Assembly: GCA_963693365.1 (NCBI GenBank)
Contig: CAVNZM010000006.1
Coordinates: forward strand, 5,435,264 to 5,499,263
Origin: Amoebidium appalachense
Lineage: Eukaryota > Protista > Ichthyosporea
Direction: 5' to 3'
DNA length: 64,000 nt
Part shown: piece by piece, positions 1 through 41,303 of the stretch
Numbering within the stretch: the stretch's first letter is position 1
How the letters are laid out: each line of letters opens with the position of its first letter
Translations under genes and position numbers: made by a program
Notes under the pieces: generated by a model
Database searches by the model: none
Told to the model about the DNA's origin: nothing
The model's input: the letters and a program-made list of their open reading frames with translations, nothing else

Positions 1-186
1 GAATTTCGGCCAAGGCTTCATAGATAAGCCATGCGCTCGACCCGAGGCGTATGTATGCGTACATATGGCACACCCCACACACACGTATGCAAACCCAGCG
101 CACTGGTGTGGATAAGTATACATTATCATAAGGAGAATGGTGATACGAGGGTTCTACAGGGGAGGGGGGGAAGGTGTGTGTGTATG

Positions 187-189
<3 letters not shown>

Positions 190-242
<53 letters not shown>

Positions 243-330
243 GGGGGGGGGGGGGGGGAGGGGAGGGGAGGGGAGAGGGAGGAGTGGGGTATGCCAAAAA
301 AAAAAAAGAAAAAAAAATAAGGAAAGCAGA

Positions 331-378
<48 letters not shown>

Positions 379-581
379 ACACGAGAACACGCACGCGCAA
401 AAAAAAAAAAAAGAAAAAAGAAAAAAGAAAAACAGAAGAAACAAAAACAAAAACAAAAAGAAGATAAAGAAAGAAGAAACGGTCGGACAGAAGACATTTT
501 AACAGGGCAAGTCATCAGTGATTTTTCCATGACTCGTCTGTGCGTGCGTGCGTGCGTGCGTGCGCGCGCGTGCGTGCATGC

Positions 582-630
<49 letters not shown>

Positions 631-655
631 GCACATGTGTGTTCATGTTTGTGTA

Positions 656-694
<39 letters not shown>

Positions 695-714
695 ATGAGC
701 GTTTTGTGTGTGTG

Positions 715-800
<86 letters not shown>

Positions 801-805
801 TCTGT

Positions 806-855
<50 letters not shown>

Positions 856-900
856 ACGGTGCGTGTATGTGTGTGTGTGTGCTTGTGTGAGCGTGTGTGA
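190..900. repeat. (GT)n arrays with G/C/A homopolymers
   Basis: Directly visible. Confidence 0.95.
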
Positions 901-1420
901 GTGTGCGTGCGCGCGCGCGTATGTGTGTGCACCGTGTGCGCGCCAGGAAGGGGAAAGGTGGGGCTGGGCTTTCCCCCCTCCTCCCCCAGGCTACGGCCCC
1001 TTACCTCCGCCCTCCCCCCCCCCCCAACCCCCCAACCCCCCAACCCCCCAACCAACGTCTGTGCTAGCTCATGTGATCCCATTAACAAGCCTCTTTTTAT
1101 GTGCACATGTGCGCAGGCGGCGCTATATATAGTGTTTCGACAGCCGCGCAAGTCATAGATATATTACAAGTCATCAAAATTCTGCTGGTGTGCCTGCCCC
1201 GGCTCAATTCGCGGTGCATCGAGATCTTGGGTGTAGCCAGTTTACGTGTGTTTTAACAAAGTACGTCAACCTTTGTATCTCCATACTAACGTCTGTGATC
1301 GCTTGCCCTCAGAGAATAACAGCTTGAATTTGAAAATAATCATCGCGTTCACACACGTTTTGCCTGCACCAGTTTCTTGGAAGTTCTTCCTCCATGTGTG
1401 ACATCTCTCATGCGCGCAGG

Positions 1421-1551
1421 CGTCGGGCGGGCCCGCCGCGCCGCCGGGCATTCCATTTTCATTTTGCCCGCCAAAAATATTTACGAATAGTCAAATATCG
1501 TTTATCTGTGATGCATCTCATTGGTTGCAACAAAAACGACTGGCGGGAAAA
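1421..1551. promoter_or_regulatory. Putative promoter: GC-rich patch, two E2F-like sites and an inverted CCAAT upstream of the BRWD gene
   Basis: GC-rich 1421-1450; TTTTGCCCGCCAAAA 1462-1476; ATTGG 1520-1524; TGGCGGGAAAA 1541-1551 (TTTCCCGC on the minus strand). The stretch is repeat-free and ~400 nt before the ATG. Confidence 0.4.
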
Positions 1552-1951
1552 CCAACTGCTTGCGCACACGTTCACACAGGAAGCTCACACCGACGCAGGC
1601 CGAGTTGTATGTACACGTTTTTTTCCCTTCAGAAACTGTCACGTTTTTATAAATTTATTTTTGTATATTTTTCTAGGCACATATATGTCTATATAGTAGG
1701 AGGTGTGAATACGTTTACTAGTTTAAAAAGATTAGGAACCACGTACAAGCCAGTGAAGCACACGTGTTTGGGTAGGCACTTTTTCACTTGTTGCACATTT
1801 ACCAGCCCCCTTTTACTTTTTCCTTACACGCGCGCACGTCGTATTCTTGGGGGGAAAACACACACACACACACCTCACCATCAGTTCGTGTTAGCAATGA
1901 GTGCTTGTGACACCGTCCACATTCAAACTTTTTTATAGGGCCCTCTCCCAG

Positions 1952-29551
<27,600 letters not shown>

Positions 29552-30369
29552 TGGACCCCCCTGACCGTTTAGTAGGTGCGGCCTATTGCTGAAGGCATGC
29601 GCTTTCGATGACGTTTTTTTTTTTGGGGAGGGGGAAGGGGAGGGGGGGGGGGGGGGGGGGGGACAGTAGACGTTTTTTCTCTTCTTGTTTTTTTCCTTTT
29701 TTTCCCCGTTTTTTTTTTTTCGGGAATAGGAAGGGGAGGGGTCTTATTTGCCGGTTAATCTATAGGTTTTTCTGTCCAGTATGGAATATGCTCCCCCGAA
29801 TATGTTTGTGCAACTTGGTAACTGGATACATCTTTAGGCTTTCGATCGTGAATCAAACACACCAGAAGTACATGAAGTCAGAATATATTACGCTTTATGA
29901 CTATACCATACTTCTATTTTTTGTGACAAACACAGACAGTACGAAAAACCTACAGTGTTATGTACAATGCGGGTAGAGGCTAATGATCTGAAACAGACAT
30001 AGTAGAATAATGTACGCTGGTTTAGACAACAGCTGAAAAGGCTGCTTCCCTTTTATGATTTTAGGTAGACAGGTATGTGCAATATGTGGTATGTGGGGGC
30101 TTGCGCTGGTCGCAGAAGCATTGGGATGGTGGTGTGAATATGGTAACACCAATTGTTTCTAAGAAAGAGCGCGAACAAATTTGGTATGTATACACGTGTT
30201 CAAGTAAATTTATGTGAAATCCATAATCGGGCCCTGGCCCCACATCTTTAATTAATAAATCCTACATCATGGAATATACACGACGTAGACCATAGGTGAT
30301 GTGTGTGTGTGACCTTGGCGGCTAAACTGCTCTATTTTCTAATTATTTTGCATAATATTATCCCCGTCG

Positions 30370-30372
<3 letters not shown>

Positions 30373-30437
<65 letters not shown>

Positions 30438-30446
30438 CCTCCCTCC

Positions 30447-30524
<78 letters not shown>

Positions 30525-30539
30525 CCTCTCCCTCCCTCT

Positions 30540-30571
<32 letters not shown>
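30373..30571. repeat. (TC)n microsatellite
   Basis: Directly visible. Confidence 0.95.
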
Positions 30572-30572
<1 letters not shown>

Positions 30573-30683
30573 CAGTGTGGGCATATGCACAATGTCTTCC
30601 ATGCCGCCTGACACGTACGTACACTAGTCAGCCTGTATATAGTAATTACCCCCCCCCCCCCCCCCCCACCGTACATGTACACA

Positions 30684-30737
<54 letters not shown>

Positions 30738-31253
30738 TACATACACACGCAACACACACACACACACACACGTGCACACACCCACACACACACAAAGTTC
30801 ACACATGTGCCCTGTCACGCACACACGCACACGCACGCACACACACGTATACGTACACACGCAAAAACACACCGGCATACCGGCACACACACACACACAC
30901 ACACGTGTACAATCTCCGAAGGCCGCCGCGGTCCCGGCCGGCTGAGCTCGAGGGAGGGAGGAAAGAGAGTTGTAGGGGCCGGCCTGTCGTCGTTCAGACA
31001 AATTGACGAACTTTTGAAATGAAGGGCTCTTGCATCAAAATTATCCCACGGAGTTCTGCATATTGCCCGCTCAAAGGAAGCACGTGGTATAGAATACACA
31101 CGCGTAGTTATATGCACTTAGAATAAACACTATAATAATTTTTTTTTAAAAAAAAAATGGATTGTATAGTATTGTAACAACATAGCTGTGGATCCGAAGC
31201 GCCTGAGGGATCTTCCAAAACTCCAATGTTTGGGGTTTTTTGTGCCACTTGAC

Positions 31254-33958
31254 ATTTTTTTTTTTTTTTTTTTTTTTCCCCCCCCCCCCCCCCCCCAAAA
31301 ATTTTCTTTTGACTGGATTTATTCGACGGAAAGATATGACAAGTATGCACGGCATACTGAGAAGACAAGAAAAAAACTTCACGAGTTATCCAGTAACAAG
31401 TGCATACTGAGATACCTGAACACTGTGTGAAAATCATATAAATACTCAATGTGACGACCAACAGAATTCAACAAAAAGTCTAAAGTGTTCACATTGCCAG
31501 CTAGTGTAGCAGATACCCGGAGGGAAAGAGGTAAAACGCGACATAAAAATTCACACCTATCAACATGCTTGCGATTAAAAAGGTCAGCACAAAAGTGGCA
31601 CCAGCGGCGATGAAAACAAGAATTACAGCGCCACTGCACAACTTCCCAGGCAATATCAACATCAGAGCACCATACAGACTTATCTACTAGGGTTGTATCC
31701 ATACGTACAGCAGGAGAAATGTATCCTGCCAAAGCTCCCAAAAAGCGATAATGATCAGTACGGTGTTGCCTAAGGAACATAACACATGCCGACTGAGTTT
31801 TACCTTTGATTTCTCTATCAGAACGAGAAAGAAACTTATACTGCGTATGGTAATAACGCGAAAAGGCAGAAAAAACAGGAAGAGAAAAGAAAGAGGGAGT
31901 GAGATAGCGAGAGGAAGAATCAGGTGAAAAGAGGGTAGGCTGAGGACATTCAGAAGTAGCGTTGGTGAATCGGGGGGGAAGAGGGATGGAGGGAGGGGGG
32001 GGAAAGAAAGCATAAAGAGGATGACCATCAGGTAGCCTAACTAAATGAAAACAAAAACGAAGAGACAATTCCTCCATACGACAAACAGCAGACGACAATC
32101 CAAACATACTGATTAAGGGAGGCACAAACCGAGTACGAAACAAAGTGCGTAGCGCAGTACCCTGAAAATCGTCGAACTCGTTCAGCGCCATTGCCGCCTC
32201 GCGAGGTGGGGCGCAGGCCAATAGCGGAAGTCCATATTCGAAAGTCGGCCGTAAAAAAGTTTTATAGTAGAGAAGAAGGTTCGCAGGATGGATCACAGAC
32301 TCCTGTTGAAACATATTTGACACGATGTGAAGCTTACCCTTCGCACGAGCGATCCGTGCTGTGAGGAGCTTGCGGAAATCAATACCCCGTGCAGTAAAAG
32401 GAATACCCAAATAGTCATAGGTGCTCTGAACAGGAATAGGAAGGCCGGCCAATCGAAAGGAAGTGTTCTTCGAAAAAGTAGCACACTTTGCAATTCCGAC
32501 TGTCATGAAATTCTCGGTGCACCATTGATCCACCTGACGAAGCATCTGGTGCATGACATCTTCGGTTAAGGAACAAAGAACAATATCGTCCGCAAAAAGG
32601 AGACCCGGTACACGACGGGTATGCAGTTGGCCAAAGGGTTCGAGGGCGCAGGCTAAATCGTCAATGAAAACGTCAAACAACAACGGACTCAGGAGGGACC
32701 CCTGCAGAAGACCCCGGGAACGGGAAAAACCGGGTGTTAATGTTCCATTGACCGCCGCGCGTCCGCGAGTGGTATCGAACAACGCTTGCAGAAGACGGCC
32801 AAAGGGGGCTGGTAAGCCCCGCATAGCTAGCTTATGCCATAACAAACCAGTGGGTACGGTGTCGTAGGCGTTCTTAAGGTCGATGAAGACAACGTGTGGA
32901 GAGCCAGAAGTAATGGATTCATGGAGTAACAGACTGTGAGTATAACACGAATAGGCATGACGAAAGCCCCCTTGAAGGGAAGAAAGACGGAACACGGCGT
33001 TTAAAGAATCGTCGGTGTTAAACGCGCGAAGCATGCAACCCTCGAAGAGCCGACGAAAAACGTTGGTAAGTGTGACGGGACGAAAGTCGTTAATGACCCC
33101 CTGCGATACCTTCTTACGAACGGGCGTAACGATTGTGTCAAGCCACGAATTTGGAATAAACCCGAGTTCGAAAAAAGCCGAAAAAAACTCACTAAGAAGG
33201 ACAGCAAAAGGCGGGGGCGGGGGGGACTCTGCACGATTACGGGGCGGAAGCACGGGAGAAAGAACCTTGAAAAGCATGGGAGGAAGAGCATCCGGCCTGC
33301 ACGCCTTGCGGGGTTTTAACGCCCGTATAGCACCAAAAACAGCCGAAGAGTTGAAATAACTATGAAAAGTGCCCGGGAACGATCGGTCCGGCTCCCAACT
33401 TGGCGGCTGGGAGAGGCCAGCGGGCGGTGATGGAACCGTGGACACGTTAGGAAGCGAAAATAGGGAAGCATAGTAGTCATCGACGGATTCAGCAACGGAG
33501 ATGGAAGGAGACGGGGCATAGACTTGCACGGAAGGCCCAAACCGACCGGCGGATTTCCAGACCGATAATGCTTCCTGTAGAGGCAACAACTGTCGTAGGG
33601 ACTGCAAAACGTGAGACTGTCTCAGCCGAATGGAAGGGTACTCAACCGTGCCCACCACCTGCTCGCCAAGGGCAAATAGGAACTCAACAAACTCATTATA
33701 ACAAACCTCCAAAATAGCCGGGTTCCGCTGCGCACGGGCGTCGCGCACTGCGGCAAGAAAGAAGCCATGAACCGACTCATACTCCTTGACAGCGAGTAAC
33801 TGGTTTAACTTGTGCTTGAAACCGCGAGATAAGAGGCGGCGGTTAGTCTGAGTAGCCCCGCCGAAGTGAACAGGGAAGGAAACCGAAAATTCTACAGGGG
33901 AATGGTCCGAACTACGCCGTAAGGAATCGGGTGGGTAAATATGGGGGTTTACACACTT
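31254..33958 (-). mobile_element. 5'-truncated non-LTR retrotransposon (APE-RT-CCHC type)
   Basis: Frame open from 33958 to TGA at 31379. It begins with the APE C-terminal motif SDHSPV, followed by RT motifs and a CCHC knuckle. AATAAA (plus-strand tttatt 31318-31323) and an A-tract (T-run 31255-31277) lie downstream. No clear TSD found. Confidence 0.9.
31379..33958 (-). CDS. Retrotransposon ORF2 remnant: reverse transcriptase with C-terminal zinc knuckle
   Basis: KACRPDALP, FRPVTLT, QGGFR, VFIDLKNAYDTV, GLLQGSLLSPLLFDVFIDDL, LFADDIV, YDYLGIPF; C-terminal CHFC-x7-H-x3-C. Confidence 0.93.
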   Translation of the reverse strand, partial: KCVNPHIYPPDSLRRSSDHSPVEFSVSFPVHFGGATQTNRRLLSRGFKHKLNQLLAVKEYESVHGFFLAAVRDARAQRNPAILEVCYNEFVEFLFALGEQVVGTVEYPSIRLRQSHVLQSLRQLLPLQEALSVWKSAGRFGPSVQVYAPSPSISVAESVDDYYASLFSLPNVSTVPSPPAGLSQPPSWEPDRSFPGTFHSYFNSSAVFGAIRALKPRKACRPDALPPMLFKVLSPVLPPRNRAESPPPPPFAVLLSEFFSAFFELGFIPNSWLDTIVTPVRKKVSQGVINDFRPVTLTNVFRRLFEGCMLRAFNTDDSLNAVFRLSSLQGGFRHAYSCYTHSLLLHESITSGSPHVVFIDLKNAYDTVPTGLLWHKLAMRGLPAPFGRLLQALFDTTRGRAAVNGTLTPGFSRSRGLLQGSLLSPLLFDVFIDDLACALEPFGQLHTRRVPGLLFADDIVLCSLTEDVMHQMLRQVDQWCTENFMTVGIAKCATFSKNTSFRLAGLPIPVQSTYDYLGIPFTARGIDFRKLLTARIARAKGKLHIVSNMFQQESVIHPANLLLYYKTFLRPTFEYGLPLLACAPPREAAMALNEFDDFQGTALRTLFRTRFVPPLISMFGLSSAVCRMEELSLRFCFHLVRLPDGHPLYAFFPPPPSIPLPPRFTNATSECPQPTLFSPDSSSRYLTPSFFSLPVFSAFSRYYHTQYKFLSRSDREIKGKTQSACVMFLRQHRTDHYRFLGALAGYISPAVRMDTTLVDKSVWCSDVDIAWEVVQWRCNSCFHRRWCHFCADLFNRKHVDRCEFLCRVLPLSLRVSATLAGNVNTLDFLLNSVGRHIEYLYDFHTVFRYLSMHLLLDNS

Positions 33959-33980
33959 TTATTGCGTGGACACTGCCGGA

Positions 33981-34350
33981 GGCCCATGGCCACATGACGG
34001 CCTACTGCGTTTTCCAGCGCAGCCAATCAAATGCAGCCAGTGACCTATGTACATGCTAGGCAACAATGAGCGCCATCGTAGTATATGACACTCCTATTAC
34101 ATATTATGGGTAAGCAGAGGCTAGCATCGGTAGCTCCGAAAGAAAGTTAAGGCACCGGATCACAATATCATACTGTGCAGCATTAATAAGGTGATCTAGG
34201 ATAGTCATCTTAAAACGGATACCTATATTGAGGAAGAATGGAAGAAAAGAGAATAAAACCGCCAATAACCTCCGGTTCTAATACGTTAGGCTTAGCTAAC
34301 AGGTTGCAATTATTCTCTGGACAAAAATAGGCCGCGATCCGCCAGGTGCC
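33981..34350. repeat. Dispersed ~350 bp repeat, copy 1 (MITE-like)
   Basis: Colinear with 44602-44950, sharing cctactgcgtt, gcagccaatcaaatgcagc, agctccga.agaaagttaag, catactgtgcagcattaataaggtgatcta and gaaaagagaataaa.ccgc. Confidence 0.8.
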
Positions 34351-34848
34351 AAAATACAGTAATCCTAAAATGTAATTTCTAGTCGAATCTATTCTGATGT
34401 GTAGCAATTTGATGATTTATTCTGATAGTAATATAATTTTATATTTTTGTGTTAAAATTTTTATTGAATTACTTGCAACTGATGCTTGCGCCTTAAATAG
34501 TATAAGTTAAACGCCGCCCTTTTCAAGTCAAAAAGGGGGGGGGGGGATCGTTCTGAAGTCGTGGGGGATCCAAGCGGTGCGTACTCAACCAATTGCTGCA
34601 GCTCTCAAGAAACCCAATCAAATGTGATTCTGATGGAGCAAAAACCAAGAAAATTTGCCGTGCTACAGATACAGGCATGTTCAACGCATTACAAAATTTT
34701 ACAAGAATATCAATATAATAACGAGAATGCTTATTTCGAGGCATTTAGTGGTACACTTATATAAAATATCCAATGAATATTCACCTCGCAACTTGTGACA
34801 GCATCAATCACAAAGAACCAATCATGGTGCTCGTGGCTATCTGTGGTA

Positions 34849-35032
34849 CCAAATATGGCAAGAAGGCAACGCCTAAGCCTTAGTGCTTCAAAGACCAGCC
34901 TATTGGTTTTTAATTTATGTTTCCCGCACTCCCTTTGTATTGTTATATTTTACAAATGTATAATTCGCTAGAGATCATGGATGCTAAAGTAACAAGCGTT
35001 CACTGAATTTCCCGCAAGAAGGACTATATATA
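34849..35032 (+). promoter_or_regulatory. Transgelin-gene promoter: CArG box, CCAAT, TTTCCCGC x2 and TATA-like box
   Basis: CCAAATATGG 34849-34858 (perfect CC(A/T)6GG); ATTGG ~34902; TTTCCCGC at 34920 and 35008; TATATATA ~35025-35032, ~90 nt before the ATG. Confidence 0.55.
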
Positions 35033-35118
35033 CGCGCGCTCTTAGTCTGTCAAAGAAACACCAGCGAACAAGAAGTTTTCTCTTCTCCTGTAAGTTCTCT
35101 AAAACATCAGATCCAAAA

Positions 35119-35950
35119 ATGGCAAACAAGGCACAAGCTTTCGGTCTGGATGCTGAGCTCGAGGCTAAGCGCCTCTCCAAGTATGACCCCAAGCTTGAAG
35201 CTGAGGCGCTTATTCTCATCAAGGAGCTGACTGGTCTAGAGCGTGGGGACAAGTCTGTGCACGAGTTTCTCAAGGATGGTGTGGTTCTGTGCAAGGCTAT
35301 GAACAAGATCAAGCCTGGCTCTGTCTCCAAGATCAACGAGAGCAAGATGGCATTTAAGCAGGTTAGTTTTTCCTCGTCTTATCTACCTTTTCTTTGCTAC
35401 CATCTCCATGGACACATCATCTTTCTTGTTATATAACTGTTACAGTTGCACGCTATGCTGTTTTGATGTGGTGGTCGGAAAACACGAATTATCAAGCAAG
35501 TGCTTGTGTATGGTTATGCGCTTGGGCAAAGAATTTTTGTTCCTTGTGTGCGTCAAAAGTAAGCTACGACGAGTGACTGACTCTCGCTCTCCCTTTCAGA
35601 TGGAAAACATCAACAACTTCCTGAGTGCTGCATCTGCCTACGGCGTCCCCGTGACCGACCTTTTCCAGACTGTCGACCTCTACGAAGACAAGAACATGAA
35701 CCAGGTCATCATCGCTGTCCACGCTATTAGCCGTGAATCGTGGCGCCACAACTTTGATGGCCCCAAGATTGGCGTTAAGCCCGCTGAGCAGAACAAGCGC
35801 GAGTTCGACGAGGCTACCTTGAATGCTGGCAAGTTTGTACCATCTCAGCAGCTCGGCAACAACAAGGGTGCCTCTCAGGCTGGTATGACGGCCCCTGGTG
35901 CACGCCGTGAGGTTGACCACCTCACATACCACCAACTGCGCGATAACTAA
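35119..35950 (+). CDS. TAGLN: Transgelin/myophilin/Mp20-type calponin-family protein (one CH domain plus one calponin repeat), 2 exons
   Basis: Exons 35119-35361 and 35600-35950 with a GT-AG phase 0 intron. Motifs: KYDPKLEAE, LKDGVVLCKAMNKIKPGSV, FKQ|MENINNFL, DLFQTVDLYE, and the repeat QLGNNKGASQAGMTAPGARR. The symbol denotes the family, not proven orthology. Confidence 0.95.
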
Positions 35951-36348
35951 GGGTACGTTTTCTGACTTCACGAAAGGACACCACTGCGTCCAGCCCGAAG
36001 GAACAGAGTGAACTGTGAACTGTGCTCCGCTTCTGCTGGCGTAGGAGAGGGTTTCTGTACTGTATGCCTGTAACTGAACTAGAAGTAATTCCTTTTTACA
36101 TTGGTTTTATTTTGTATTGCGACTTTGCTCCCGTTGTTCCGAAATCTATATTGAATGCCCATTCTTTCACAAACTACCAACAAACACTATAGTAAACCTG
36201 AACTTTTGTGATCGACACATGACAGCCACGCTTGGTAAAGCGGAGCTTGTGGTGGTCGAAGCATCAGGCATGTTATTGTTATAGTAATAAACAGCAGACT
36301 TCCCCAGCTGCATCTGAGACGTGTGCTCAAACTGCCTTGCTGTACCCT

Positions 36349-36390
<42 letters not shown>

Positions 36391-36639
36391 CGGGGCCCCC
36401 GGGGCCGGCAGGGCCCCACCACGGACGCCACTATTCCGTGCCCATCTGCCCGCCTTGGAATCATATTCTCTGTGAATGTATTTCGTTTTCTTATTCTTGA
36501 AAGTGCCCATCTATGCACTGCACCTATACCCCGAGTTGTCTTTCGTTCTTCACTGCGGCATACTGCAGGCTCCCCCATCCCCCCCCCCCCCCCCCCCCCC
36601 CCCCCCAAACACACACACACCACCAACAAGAACACCATA

Positions 36640-36673
<34 letters not shown>

Positions 36674-36777
36674 AGACACACATCTACCTCGCTGGTCCCT
36701 ATTCTTCAGTGAGTCCTCCGGAGACTGAGTGTTTGGACCGTCGATCACTTGTTTCCTGACTCCCTCCTTTCTTCTTC

Positions 36778-36808
<31 letters not shown>

Positions 36809-36910
36809 CTGTGTGCATTGTAATCTGCTTTGTGTCGTCCATCATGAATGTGTACTTCCTTAGTAACGCATCCTATCCCCCCGAAACCCGGGTACTGTGG
36901 ATGACGTGAA

Positions 36911-37030
36911 CCCCCCCTGAGGATGGGCTCTGCTTATTATGCATACTCTTTATGTATGGTTTGCATTCTGTATCGTGTTATCCGTTGTTCTTGTGTACTT
37001 CGTACTTTATGACGCATTCAAACCCCCCCA
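36911..37030 (+). repeat. Short dispersed repeat, copy B
   Basis: Same blocks and spacing as 21151-21278. Confidence 0.7.
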
Positions 37031-37338
37031 CCTACCCCCCCTCCTCACACCCACCCACCCATCCCTGTGTGTGCGTGTTTGGGCGGCGGCGGCGGGGGGA
37101 TGGGGGGGGGGAGGGGAGGGAGAGGGCAAAAACTTGACTGCCATGCTGTTAGTACAGTAAGTTGAGCTGATTCATTGTAGAACCCAAAAATACATCTTCC
37201 CCTCAGCCTCTCACCTACCCTACTTGCCGTGTGTGCAAGGTTCTGTTTGTCTGTTGGTCTGTGTCTGTTTTCAGTTGTCCTATGTTGCTGCCTTCCTTTG
37301 CAATATATCTATGGCACTCCCTTCCCTGACCCCTTCCC

Positions 37339-37369
<31 letters not shown>

Positions 37370-38058
37370 ACACACACACCCGGCCATTATGCCCCTCAAT
37401 TCACCAACACATACAGCCACGCTCAACTGGTCAATTAGGATGAACAGACTTGCCCTTCACCTCAGCATGCTCCGCTTCTTCCTGCCCCCCCCTCCCCTCC
37501 CCCCAGCCAACCAACCAACCCACCCACCCCACCCCTCATCTGTTGAAACCCCGACGCTCCCAAATTCCGTTAACGCTTCCTAACTCAACTCACTGTTGTC
37601 TCGAAAAGAAGTGCTCACAGTAACCATTTTGACCTGCCTGACAGACGGTTTTAGAAATCTCTCACCCTGCAGGTTTTCCTTGTTGCAGGGTGTTTGTGTG
37701 TGTGTGTGTGTGTGTGATGTGTGATGTACGTTTGCCGGGTGGTGCTGTGGGCGGGTAAAGGGAGGGGGGGGGATGGGGGGGAGGGGGGAAGGGGGGAGGG
37801 ATGGGGGGGGGGGGGGGGGGGGCAGCACGTGTCTTCAATTTGTTTGGTGTTTTGATTAAGTAAGTTTTAGGCTTTGTTTTTGCAACAGTAGGCTTTGTAA
37901 AATTAGCGAGTATCGAGATACATTTCTTGGATTCAACTGTTTGTGCTTGTGCAAGGGTGCTGTATGCTGGGTGTGGTGGGGTGTGAAGGGTGCGTGGGTG
38001 GTGGTGATAAGTGCTTGTATGCAAACCTGTGTGTGTGTGTGACCGTGTATGTGTGCAC

Positions 38059-38122
<64 letters not shown>

Positions 38123-38340
38123 GGTGTGTGCGTCGTGTGTGTGTGTGTGTTTGGGAGGAGAGGCGGGGGGGGGAGGTCACATGCACCAATAAGACTAAAC
38201 TAATTGCTGTTGGGATTCCACACCAAAAACACAGGAAAACGAACAAGTCACATGATGCACGTAAAAAAAAAAACCGAAATTAGGCCACCCTTGACAGTAA
38301 TAGGCCTGGTGCATTAAAGACACGCACAAGCTCAACCGAT

Positions 38341-40844
<2,504 letters not shown>

Positions 40845-41263
40845 CAAATAGCTTATGATGAACCCCCGTGTCTGTTCCACTCCCCGCGCCGCCCCCCTTC
40901 ACCCACCCAGCCCCCTTAACCCCCCCCTCCCCACTCCCCTCCCCCCCCTCCCCCCCCCCCCAAAAAAAAAAAAAAAAAAAAAACCCTCCCCCCTCCCCCC
41001 CCCCCCCCTCCCCCCACCCACCCACCCACCCGCCCTCCTTCTTTTGGTACGCCACCGTCCCCTCCCCTCCCCCCCCCCCCCCCCCCCCCCCAACCCAACC
41101 CCTTCTCTCTCCTCCCAATCAAAAAAAAAAAAGAAAAAAAAGAAAAAAGAAAGGAAAAAATAGTTTCAGCATCTAAGGAGCCTGGATAAAGAAGCCCTTT
41201 TTGAAGTATTCCGGATAGCTAAGTCCAACTATAGGTGTTCCAGGTGAACCTCGGGGGCAACAC

Positions 41264-41303
<40 letters not shown>

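Noticed and set aside
1-1400. Possible divergent minus-strand gene (exon-like blocks near 85-155, 480-537 and 1130-1395)
   Set aside because: Splice-like signals exist, but I could not assemble a continuous frame or recognisable protein.
31230-33975. Target-site duplication for the LINE
   Set aside because: The flanks share only vague A/C-rich similarity (aagtg..aaacccc); no exact duplication.
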